This document shows, piece after piece, positions 48,216-59,341 of a stretch of DNA of 64,000 bases. The notes under the pieces are model-generated. The model worked only from the letters and a program-made list of their open reading frames with translations. It searched no databases and was not told the DNA's origin. The DNA is from Raillietiella orientalis (lineage: Eukaryota): NCBI GenBank assembly GCA_036172245.1, contig JAYWIR010000041.1:1922001-1986000 (forward strand). Direction: 5' to 3'. The stretch's first letter is position 1, and every line of letters starts with the position of its first letter. The translations under genes were made by a program, and so were the position numbers.

Positions 48216-51200
48216 TGAGGGCAATCGCGTCTTCTTGTCGTGTTGCCGTGGCGTGTTGGAACGTCAACGGTCTCCAACACGGCGAGAAGAGGCGACTAGT
48301 ACCTAACGCTCTGCGCGCCTTCGACTTGACGCTCCTGCAGGAGATTCACAGCATCTCCGACGACCAGGCTGCCGAAATCGAACGGCGTGCGGGCGGAACG
48401 CTACATTATAGGTGCGGCGTCGCTTTCCTCGTACGAGGAACTTTGGCGGGAGCGGTGCGCGGCGTTCGCTTCGACACGGAAGGCCGAATGGGACAGCTTG
48501 TACTCAAGTGGTCCGACTCGATCGACCTTGTCGTAACGAACGTGTACGCGCCGAGCGGTGCTGGACGATGGGCCGAAAGGATTGAGTTCTTCGGTACCGT
48601 GCAGAGCCAGTGGCTCACTCGTTCTCACCCTACTGTGGCGCATCTCATTGCGGGGGACTTTAACGTCCACCTGCTGACCGAGAATAGCGCACACAAAAGG
48701 GAAAAGTTGTTAGTGGAAGAGATATACGCGTCCGTGCACGCGTGCAACTTGTTCGCTAACGACCCTGTTATGGCGACATCACCGGACCATGTATTCTTCG
48801 ATGAACACTTGCTCTCTCGAGTGGGTCGGAGCGGTCCCATGCCGTCCGTGCTTTCAGACCACAACAGGCTCGAGTTCGAGTTGCTCCCGCCAGGCAAGGG
48901 GCCTCCGAACTGTGTTCGGAGGATGCCGGCAGACTGGCTAAGTCACCCGGAGGCGGCGGAGCATCTTCGCCAGTACCTCCGCGGCTTCGCCATAAGTGAG
49001 TTCGCTGACTGGGACGATCTGAAAAGATCGGTCCGCGAGTTTTGCTGCCGGTTTCCCTTGCACCAGCTTCCGCGCGGCTTCGGAGGGGGTGTAGCCAACA
49101 GCAGAGATTTTCTGCAGGTCCGCTCCTACTCCAGGCGCGCGGACGTTGGTCGATTATCCGAGTACAAGGCCAAGGCTGAGCGCCAGGTCTGGCAGTCTGG
49201 AGCGACAGTTCTGCTCGACGACCAGGACCGGGAATGCTCGGCTCCAGCCGACGTGCGGCGGATAGTCAGGCGCTATTAATCTTCTCTGTATGCAGAGGCA
49301 CCAAAGGAACGCAGCCTCTCTGAGCTGCTTCTGCCGATTGATGCACCTGTTGTAGACGAGGAGGAACGCGCGCGTCTCGATGAGCCCTTCACGGCAGAGG
49401 AAATTTCTTCGGCCATCTCGCGGCTCAAGAGACGAAAAGCGCCAGGCGAGGATTGACTCCCCGCAGAATTTTTCCAGTGCTTTGCGGCGGAGCTCATACC
49501 CCTGGTGCTCCAACTCTCGTCGCTGATGCAAGACGCGGGCGATGTCCCCGCCTCGTTTCGCTCAGCGAAGGTGCGTCTCCTGCCGAAAGACGGAGATTTG
49601 CGCCAACTGAACAATTGGCGTCCGATCACATTAGTGAATTCGGATGTCAAGTTGTTCTCGAAACTTTGGGTGGCGCGGATGGGGACGATCGCGGAGTCTT
49701 TGGTAAGTCCGGAGCAGACCTACGCTGTTCCTGGGCGGTCCATGGACGCGAACCTCTTATTCATCCGCACATGGCTGCAATTGCAGCATCGCGTGGCGAT
49801 GGATCGTCGTGCGGAAGCTACGCCTTCGATCTCTCACCGACGGAGGCGCGGGTCGCAAAGGGAAACCCCGGGAGCCTCGGCGGTTGCAGTCGATTTGCAC
49901 AAAGCTTTCGATTGCGTGAACCAAAAGCTTCTTCTTGAGCTCTTGGAACGTCTGGGCCTCCCGGCATCCCTATTGGCGTACTTGCGCTCCTGCTGGCGCC
50001 ACGCGATTACATCCACTGTTTTCAGTGGCTGTCGCGTGTACGGCGTGCCGGTAAGGCGAGGAATTAGGCAGGGCGATAGCTTAAGCTCGCTGCTGTTTAG
50101 CATCTATTTTGAAATGGTGCTGGAGGCTTACAGGCTGACGCTAGCCAACCTGCCGAGCTCCTGTCCAGGTACGCCGGCCGTGGCAGCCTATGCCGACGAC
50201 CTGCTTCTCCTGTTACCAATGTCCACCCCGGCGGTGTCGCTTGAAGATTTCTTTGAGTTGATCCGTCGCGGTGCGGGCGTGAGCGTCAACAGGAGCAAGA
50301 GCATGGTTGTTCCGGTTGGAGCGACGTGGGAGGGGCAGTCCGACTGGATCCGCCTGGGGATCCCCACGGGCAGGTACCTAAGGTACCTTGGCGTGCCGTT
50401 GGGCGACTTCTGCATCTCAGAAGCGTGGTCGGACTGCCTTCGGAAGGCAGAGCGTGCACTTGGCCCTTTCTCAGGAGGCGAGTTCGTCTTGCCGGAACGG
50501 GCCAGCATCTGGAACACCTTCGTTGCCCCCCTCCTCCGCCCCCTGTTTTTTGTTTGTCCACCCCCCCAGAAAGTCAAAGTCTGGGCGCAGCGCCTTCTAC
50601 GCAAAACGTTGTGGGGCGCTGCAAGATCCCGCGTAAGACTTAAAGACTTGGTGGCGCCGCGTCAGGATGCAGGCTTGGGCATCCTAGACTTAAAAACCAT
50701 CGAGCTGCAGGTGCAGTTGCGAATGCTGCGGCTCTGTGCCAAGCTGTGGTGTACGCCGTGGTGCTTACCCGCACGACTTATACTAAGGCGCTGCACGGGA
50801 AGCGAGGGACTGCTTTCGTTGCTGCCCCACTTTCGGCACACCAGAATAGGAATTGGCTTCCCGCTGAGGCAGCTGTCCTCACTGCTGGAAGCCCAATGTT
50901 GGATCTCCTGCCGCCCAATGAACATTAATGCATGGCGGCAGGAATCTTTTTCATCGTGGGCAGCTTCCGAAGGAACGCGCCCGGAAGATCTTCGGCGCCT
51001 GCGACTTCTCCTCAGTCATCCAATGGACGAAGTCATGCAGGACAAGAAGATGTCGGATCGTCTGGCCGCCACACCGCTCGCCGCAGCGCTGTCTGCCCTC
51101 AGGGCAAGCAACGACAGTTGCCTACCGGCGAAATGGGAGTTCTCCTGCTCAATAGCGGGAGTCAGTAAGCTCCTCGGCTGCTGGACGACAAAGGAGCTGG

Positions 51201-51783
51201 TGGAAACTGCCACTCCTCGTAATCGGGCGAAAGGCCTGCTTCGGTGGAGTGAACATTTAAGTGTACCCCCCGAAGAGATAGTGGTCCCCCCCGTTTGTTT
51301 GAACAGCTCCGTGTTCTCCTTAAAGTGGAAACAAGATGTGCTGCTCTTTTTACACTGGGGCTTCCACTGTAATCGGCAGCGAAGCATCGTTTCCGGGGGA
51401 GCTGCTCCGCCAAACTGTTTGAGGTGCGGTGAGATCGAGTCTTTTCCGCACCTCTTGATGGACTGCGGTGACCTCCGTGAACTGTGGCGAAGGCTGATTT
51501 CAGCCATCCTGCCGCAGGGAGGCACTGCCATTGATGTGCTGCGGCGCTTCTTCAGGAGGAATGGATTTTCGGTAGGCGCGATTGTCGCAACCATGTGTTG
51601 CATTCGCGCCATCGTGAAGGCCCGCTACGCCCATTTCAGCGCAGCGAAGGGAGGCTCACCGGTTTGCAGCAGAATCCATGGAAAACGCTGCTAGGTGGTC
51701 TCATCTTCGTAACGAGGTCAAAGAGGACATCGCCGGCATCCACCACCGGTTTACAGACTTGTAGGAACGGCTTAATCCGGTGA
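48215..51783 (+). pseudogene. ORF2 of Y (APE + RT + C-terminal zinc finger)
   Basis: WNVNG, GDFN, SDH, DLHKAFD, GIRQGDSLS, YADD, YLGVP, C..CG..ES..HL..DC. Stops at 49277-49279 and about 49455, late frameshift. 3' limit approximate. Confidence 0.92.
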
Positions 51784-52111
51784 CCACTACGTCCTGAAGC
51801 CCACCCATACCCCTTCCCCGCTCCCTCTGCTAAAATACCGGTTCCATTACTATTATCCCGGAGAGAACCAGAACGATCCCAAAGACCCTTGTCCCCGCGT
51901 CCCCCGTTAATTTCTTTTTATTTTGTTTTTGTTTGTTTGTTTTCCCAGTTCCCACAAACCGTTCTGTGTAATTCTGGCCTGCGTGCCAGCAATGTTCTCT
52001 TGATACTTGTGCCGTCGTCGGTTGGGGGCATGGTTCCCAACTGGTTTATTTTATATATTTACTTCTGTTGTATTTATATGAAATAAACGTCAGGGCGTGA
52101 CCGGGTGAGAA

Positions 52112-52700
52112 ATCTCCCGCGCATGTTCTGAAATCTGATTGTTCTCCTGCAGCAAGGAACGAGGTCGCATACCTTTCAAGCCTTCGGGCTTGAAAGGTAT
52201 GTCTCGTCTCCTGCCGTCATCGCAAAGACGGTTGACGTTCCAGCAGGCGATGCCTATTTGACAGCAGATGTCGAGTCCCGGCATTCCTGCTGGGAAAGTG
52301 ATGCTGCGTCTCCAGCCTCCCCATCGGACGGGATGCTTTGTGACTGCACCGCTATGGGGGGCGCCTCGGTGATTCCCTCCGCTTCCATCGGTTCCGCAGC
52401 GACCGCGCATCAGAATCCAGGACACGTGTCCATTTCTCCCCACGCTCTGAGAGCACCATTCGCGTGCACGCTGTGCAACGCGGAATCTTGTCGGCATGGC
52501 ACTGCTGGCGGAATGTGGATGGGTTCCATGGGTGCAGCTATCCTTCCGAGTCTGTCGCCGTCATAACCCCATTCCTCCGGCAACTTCGAAGTCGGGATCA
52601 GGAACGCTTCATGTTCCGAACTCCTTCCAGGATCGCTTTTTCGATCCAGAAGTTGGTGCTGCAGCCATTCGTGCTGGCATTGCGGGATAAAGGCATCCGC
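52112..52700 (-). pseudogene. 5' continuation of Z (APE start and ORF1 end)
   Basis: MPGLDICCQIGIACWNVN..LLQE. Upstream limit approximate. Confidence 0.7.
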
Positions 52701-53488
52701 TGACAGGATTCGCACTCCGTTTCTTCCCGAAGCAAGGCGACCAGCCAACCGCTGCCCCTAATATGAGGTTCCAACAAGAGCAACCACCTTGAGCAACCGT
52801 CGTGGTCCCTCTCTCTTTTTCCCGTTACGCAACCGTGGTGTCAGGGTTTTCCACGAAGTCCGCAAACTCGCTTGTCTGTAATGCGTCAGGAAAGAGGGAA
52901 AGAAAGGGAGACGTTGTCTTGAAATCCCGTCTGCACACGGGCATCTTGCCCGTTCATCCTTTCAGTGCACGTCACTTCCGTCCCGAATGTTTCGCAAGGC
53001 GTGTTCACGGCGACCTTGAGACCCTTGTGCACCGACGTCACCGCATGTGGACGATCCGTAGATTGCAGGCACACTTATTGTGCCCACCCTAGACTCGTTC
53101 CTTCTTTTCCCTTGAAAAAGGAACGCTAAAGAGAGAAACATTGCCCTTGCTTATCAACTTCTCGGAGCACGATTCAAAAAATAGACTGAGCCGTGTCGAA
53201 ATGGCCTTTGCGTTCGCTTCATGCCGCCGCACCATCCACAAGATTTCCTCAGCTCTTCCTAGATCACGCAAGCACCAGCAGCAACATCGCAGCGACGAAT
53301 AATTTATTTTCAACCTTAAGGTGCCGGCCTACAACGAACACGTGGGCATCCAGAAGCATCATCACGCCCATTGCATGTGCTTCATAGCAATTATGCTTGG
53401 AAACCTGTGATGGTAACAGCCACATTCCCATGAGAATCCATGTAAGGTACAGAGCAAACTTTTATTTCCTATAAGAGATACCAGGAGA

Positions 53489-56400
53489 TCACGAAGACTC
53501 TTGAGTGTACACGAGGTTGAAACCAGCGTTCATCGCCATACCAGCCACAACGTTGTTTGTTCTGATGTGCAGCATAAATGGAAACACGGCAGCTGAAAGT
53601 GCAAATCACAACGGAAACCTACACTGAATGTCATCTTACTGCACACTTCGGAACCAGCATCGGTCGCAGTTTCAGCATTTAGCCAAGCCCCACAGAAACG
53701 CTCTTGTGCGCACGGTACGTTGGCCGTAAGTACAGCAACCTTACTACAACCGCAAGGGATAATAAAGGCATCGTTCATACAATTTGCAGCTACACTGTTG
53801 CTCAAGGAAGGCGCAGCAGTCGCGTCAATCGAGAAACCAACTGTAACTAAGTTGGGCATTGCATTCAGACACAACGCCCTAGCTGTAGGGGTACGCCTCA
53901 CGCACATCGCGTATTCCAGGTTGGTATTCAAAACCGACATAACGCTGTTCATCCAGCCAAAGGAGGTGATCGTACCTGTGGCCTCAAGGAAGTACTGAAG
54001 GCATCCAATGGGAGCTGGAAATGAACGAACACTTTGAATACTCTGCACCGTATCCGCGTCGCGATGGGGATACGATAGGATATTCCGTGAAGAAGAAATC
54101 CGCATCCATTGCAATATATAATTTGCCACAACCTCTTCATTCCTTTGGGAATTTTTGCTGGTACACGGAGAAATTCGGGGTAAAGAGAGCTGCGAACCCT
54201 CCCTTGGTTTTGGAGTCGACCGACCTCAGCAGAAACCAAAAGGCGGGAAATGCCTCCGTCACAAGAGAAAACCAATGCCGTCAGCCCGGCAACATTCCCG
54301 GAGGTCACTCCCACAAGTGCACAACCTACTACCGCCTGCGGGACAGGAAAGGTAGCGCTTTCGTTGCTTGGGGAGCGAATTCGACGAAGCATGGTATGAG
54401 ACAGCGCCTTCCACTTACCCAGATACGCGGATCCGGATTCAATCTGCAACACACGGATGGACCAGGATCTTGCTTCCCCCGCGATGGCAGCGGCGACCGT
54501 GATGACGAGAGCAACTCCCGTAGTTGCAGCGTCCATCCTCACATACACTGAAATCCAAAAGGACAGGCTTCACTGCCGCAGCTGGCATGGGAGTTCTGCG
54601 CCTCCTGACTGTTCTTCAGTCAAGCAGTTTCGCTTAGTATCCGGAACTACTTCACGGATATCTGTCCACGAGCACTGCACCGCTGGTTCATACCAGCGGA
54701 CACTGGCCGGCATGCCACGAAGTCAAAGGCAACAGTGGCACTCTCTTGTCGAAATTCACTTCTGGAATCTAAAAGGTGCACAAAGGCAGAAAGGAGTTTC
54801 GAGGGTGTAGAGCTCCTCCGATAGTGTGTCCCCAACCTCCATCTCTTCTCCTACTACACAGCAGATGGCTAGGCCCCGTAGAACGTGATCAACGCCGCGG
54901 ATGAACTAACACTTCCCGGGACGAGGGGTTCCTATTTCGGCAGGACTGTTGCTTCGAGTTGCCCCTAGCAACATAATCAATCCCTGCCCTCTTATGTCAG
55001 CAGGAGCAGACAGGAAATAGCAGCACTGCACGTGAAACGTGTTGGTCGGGAGGAGGCATCGCAGCGCGCGCGACTGAGGTGCACGGTGGCTCTTCGAATG
55101 AAAGAAGAGTCGCATTTCCCCTTGTGGTGCGGCACACCCAAACCGAACAGACGATCTTCAAGAGTCACACCGCGTCAAAGATTGGCAGCGATGTTTCGGA
55201 AGGCGTACTGCATTCCGGGCTTCCTTTCAATACGGCCTCCCACGAATAGGGAACCTGCTGGTTATTGCCACTTTCCGGTGTCGAAAAGAGTTACTTACGG
55301 TGATTGTTCGGGTTCGGTCCGCAAATCGACGATGGGATGCTCTGAAAAGATCCGCTGCCCAAGGGCGTTATCACCAGCGAATCCGGGTCGCACTGCCCGC
55401 TTGCGCGGATTGCTGATCGAAGAGTCAGGGGCTGTAGTTCGATCCTGAAATTCACAGGTGCTTGAAAAACAAATTCTCCTCTGTGTCCCTCCTTTTCCAC
55501 CGTGAATTAACCCTCGACAGCCCTGCAGGCAAGGAACAGCGCGTGTGCGAGAGGGAATTTCGTGATGAGGAAATGCGGCCAGCAGTCACGCTGCTTTTCT
55601 CACTGTGGATCCTCACAATCGAGCGGTGCCTTTAACCCGGGAACCCTTCAGGCAGCTCCTGCGAGTGGGCCTTCTTAGGGCACGCCACGTTTCTCCCAGA
55701 AAAAGGCTTCCTGCGGTGTCTTCCGCTGCAGCATGCGCTTCCCTTTGGACTTCCGTGCCTTTACACGTGTTCTGATTCCCGATGGTTTCCAAGCACCCGT
55801 GTTTTGTGCTGAACCTCATACCCAAACATTGCGCGTTTTGCCTGCCCAAATTTAGCGGACGTTCGTTTTCGATTCTCACAGGAACACAACTGCACAATGA
55901 TCCCTATTTGTCCATTGTCCTTCCACTTGAGTGCAAACCTTCCTTTCCAGCATGCGTCCCTCCACGGAAGCCTGTTGCGGCACGCAACGGTATACTCAAA
56001 GGGCACTCCCCCCTTCAGCATGTCGCTTGTCATGAATCTGCGCAGCAAAACTCCCTGACACTGCATATGACTTGATGCGCTTCCCGTAAAAACGCTTTCC
56101 GCGGTTGTTCCCGCGCATTTTCTCAGCGTTGCTGTTTTCGACTGTGGCGGCTGATCGTCATCGGTGGACGGTCTTCCGGATCGTGTTCCCGGTAGGGGTC
56201 TAGGAGGAAACCGCTTTTTGGTTCCCTCACCTCAAAAGTCACGCCAGGAGCCGAGACGGTCTTCAGCGTAGCCGCATTTGCTCAGAGATCCACCTGTGGG
56301 TTTGAACTGTTTCCTCTTTCTCACCTGAATTGCTGAATATGCGAGTTCAGTTTCTGGACCGATGCTTGGCATGTCCCTCCGGTCGTTAGGATGTCCATCG

Positions 56401-56648
56401 TGTCCTCGAAGTAGGTATTGTTTATTCTTGCACTTTGCCCGCATCCAAGTATCACTTTGGAAGTTTGACCATTTTCGGCATGGGACCAATGCGTTTCTTA
56501 CCTAAACAGCAAACACCCAGCCCCAGGGCACATTGCCCAATCCTGCTACCGCCGGCATTACTGCACTCTACAGGAGGAAGACACGTCCCGTTGCGCGAGT
56601 TTTGGAAGCAAGGCGAATTTTGTATCCGCACTACTTGCATCAGTGAAC
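53489..56648 (-). CDS. Arthropod-type Cys-rich CUB-like secreted protein; exons 56648-56502, 56454-56325, 55444-55299, 54547-54419, 54014-53640, 53592-53489; first exon(s) unresolved
   Basis: Frame-preserving GT-AG splicing gives QVVRIQNSPC..RNGTC..C..GG..GQCALGLGVCC..CG..NNTYF..ICGPN..HLYV..RSWSIRVLQIE..APIGCLQYF..GTITSF..YAMCVRR..RFCG..PF..GFNLVYTQ, the motif order I recall for this family. AATAAA at 53461-53466. Confidence 0.85.
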
Positions 56649-57114
56649 CTGAGGAGAATGACCAAATGATGAGTACTCGGCGGTTATCCCGAAAGAACAT
56701 TTCCGTTTGCCACGAAAATCGTGCCCGTCGAAGACATTCTCTTTGCGTGCCATCGCCTCACACTGTCACCTAAGTTCGAGTTGCACGCATTCAGTTGGTT
56801 CACTTTCAGGGATGCTTTCAACAGGAATGGTTTCGATAGTCGAATGAGGAGGTCGTAGGTTACCCGCGTGGCGAGGGAAGGATTGGGGAGAAACAAGTGG
56901 AGGGCATGGAACATGCGGGAAGAAGGAGATTCCAGAGGTGCTCGACTTGCATCTCTTTCGTTCTTGTGCAATGACCACCGCACTGAGGAGGACTTGCAGC
57001 ACCCAGCAGGCGTTTTCTTCCGGAACTGGAGGGGGCACACCAATCCGTGGAAGAGAGCAGATGCCTGGCGGCTTGTGTGCCACTGCAGTTCTGCCACGTC
57101 GGTTCGTGTGGTGT

Positions 57115-57200
57115 CGCGGTTGTGAATGTGTGTGTGGATGTGTTTGTGAGAGGTGTGTGTGAGTAGGTGGATGTATGGATGGATGCGTGTGATTGTGCGT
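57115..57200. repeat. TG-rich low-complexity tract
   Basis: tgtgaatgtgtgtgtggatgtgtttgtgagaggtgtgtgtg... Confidence 0.6.
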
Positions 57201-57723
57201 TCGGAATAGCGTCAAGCGAAATCGCGCAGAGGTCTTCGGCAGCACTCGTTACTTACGAGATTGGTGTCTTGAGGTTGTGTTTGCTGCTTCTCCCTGCATG
57301 GCCTGAAACATGAGGAAGATTCCGACGATCCACGCACACATCTCGACAATCGTGCGGCCACTTTGGAAACCACCTCGAGTTATCAGCATGATGGATCGAA
57401 TTCCCTACGATTGTGATAGCGCTTAGAACAAAAGGTCTCTGCAAGCTATGATTTCGTGTAAAAAAAGATTGTCTTGAATGACGAAAGTGGAAACGGTAAA
57501 GTCAGTTTTTGTTTTTCTGAATGTGTGTTCGTGAGTTTTTTTGTCAGCTTGCAATGCCCGTTATTTGGAAAGGGTCGTTTGTGGTTTTCCGTTTTGGAAT
57601 CTGCGGGAATACCAGTGGATTCAATCCGAATTATTTGGGTGTTTCCATTTGATGACATTAAATAATACCTGTTATGCTGGATTTGTGACCAGGTCTGGAT
57701 CTACCTCTATAGGTCTGTTTCAT

Positions 57724-59341
57724 TTTCACTCGGATATGCCGGGGCATTTATTTGATAATAAAAATACAAGAATTTCTCCGTGGCGAGCCCAGTGGATCAC
57801 CACTCCAGGACAGCTTGCTTCTTGCCGGTGCGGAACCGACGAGGTCCATCCGACGCGCGGGGTGGGAAATAAAAAACAAAACAAACAAAAAGTTCAAAGG
57901 TGGGGAGGGAACAAATGTTTGAGGGGTGGGAGGGCAGGGAAGAGATCACTGTGCGCGCGGAGAGGTCCTCTAGATCCTGTTCAGGATCCTCACAAGCTGC
58001 GTCCTATCTGCGCCCAAATGGCGCCACTTGCCCACGCTCCTCACGAAAAGGCGAGTCCAGTGTAAGTCGCTGCCGCAGGCTTGGCGCCTTCTTCTTGTCG
58101 CATTCCAAGCCGCCACGATCCCTCTAATGCAGCATAAAACTGCTACACAAGCGGGCGGGGACAAGGCGTCACGAGAGAAGAGGCTCCTGAAAATGTCCAT
58201 AGGAGCGCCTCCACGAATGTTCAGAATAGCCGCAAGGCGATTCCATAGAGGGCGGATGGCACTGCAATCGATAAGAAAGTGGGGGATTGTCTCTTTTTGC
58301 CCGCACCGGTCGCAGTGGGAGTCCACAGCCCCCCGTGTGCAGTGATGCAGGCGTGCTTTGAAGTACACCTGCATCACTTCAATGTACCAAAAGCAACGCC
58401 ACCTCCTGCCATTTCAGGGGAAGGGTTACACTGTTCCAGGACGCTGGGGGCCACTTCATCCCCTCCGGAGATAGTCCGAGTAGCTTGCCCCAGCGTCGAA
58501 TTCCGTTGGGCGGGACTCGGCGTCGCAGCGTCCGCTAGCTGCCGAGATGTCCACGCCTTGATAAGTCGTGTGCTGCCGTCAATGGTGCAGGGCACTGTCC
58601 ATTTTCCCTGCTCGCTGCTGTCCCTAGAGTTTACAAGAAAAGGCAACACAGGGGCAAGGGGAGTAATGAGAGCCTACAGAAACTGGTCGTGGGACTGCAC
58701 GATCTCCTGCAGCGTTCAGCGGGCTTTTCAGGCAAATGTTCTTTGTGCCCACCGGAACGTTGATCTTTTTCCACGTGGACACTGACTTGTGCAGCCATGC
58801 AGAGTAGTTCCCGGCAAGGCAGGAGATCCAGGCGTTTTCCCGAACCACAACGGCCATGTGCCGCAGGTGAAAGCCGCAGTGTGCTTGTCTGCGGTCGCGC
58901 GCCCAGAGAAACGACGAAAGTCCGCCATAACCGGAGGCTCGTCGGGCCAGGAGGCGTGCTGGAACGAACCAGGGCGTCTCCCATAGTTCTGCCTCAAGGG
59001 CGAGAGTCCTGAATCGAATTTGCAGTTCTATGCGCTTCAGCGAAAGTACGCCAAGTCCACCGCCCTTACGTCGAGCGCACAAGCCTTTGAGCCTCACACG
59101 GGACCTACCTTTGCACCAAAGGACTGTCCTCAGGACGCCTGCTGCTCGTTTTTTGACAAAGTAAGGGGCGGGGCGAACAAAAAGCAGGAGGCAGAGGAGG
59201 GGGGCCGCGAAAGCGTTCCAAGCTACGGCCCGTTCCTGCAAGTACAATTTGCCATCTCGGGACGGACCGATCGCCAACGATGCCTTTTGAAAACGGTCGG
59301 AATGGGCTTCCGTCACGCAGAAGTCCCCCAACGGAACGCCA
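57724..59341 (-). mobile_element. 5'-truncated LINE upstream of the CUB-like gene
   Basis: Runs from LGVPLGDFC through the zinc finger to the terminus ccgagtgaaaa. 13-bp TSD aggtctgtttcat (57711-57723) / aggtctctttcat (59342-59354), 1 mismatch. Confidence 0.92.

Larger units (their letters stand above)
46198..52111 (+). mobile_element. Near full-length (about 5.9 kb) L1/Tx1-like LINE Y inserted antisense into the APE domain of Z
   Basis: 5' GCAGACGTG, ORF1, ORF2, 3'UTR and terminus. Imperfect 11-bp TSD atctcttgcgc (46187-46197) / atctcccgcgc (52112-52122). The flanks rejoin as APE LLQE..AREI/AQEIEK. Confidence 0.93.

Noticed and set aside
53720..54551. Plus-strand ORFs 53720..53998 and 54021..54551
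   Set aside because: Antisense to the spliced CUB-like gene.
154..57750. Recurrent roughly 30-bp palindromic motif as a CRISPR repeat or prokaryotic retron/group II intron system
   Set aside because: Copies are dispersed in both orientations at LINE 3' ends, with no regular spacers or cas genes. The RT is APE-linked and the host genes are spliced.
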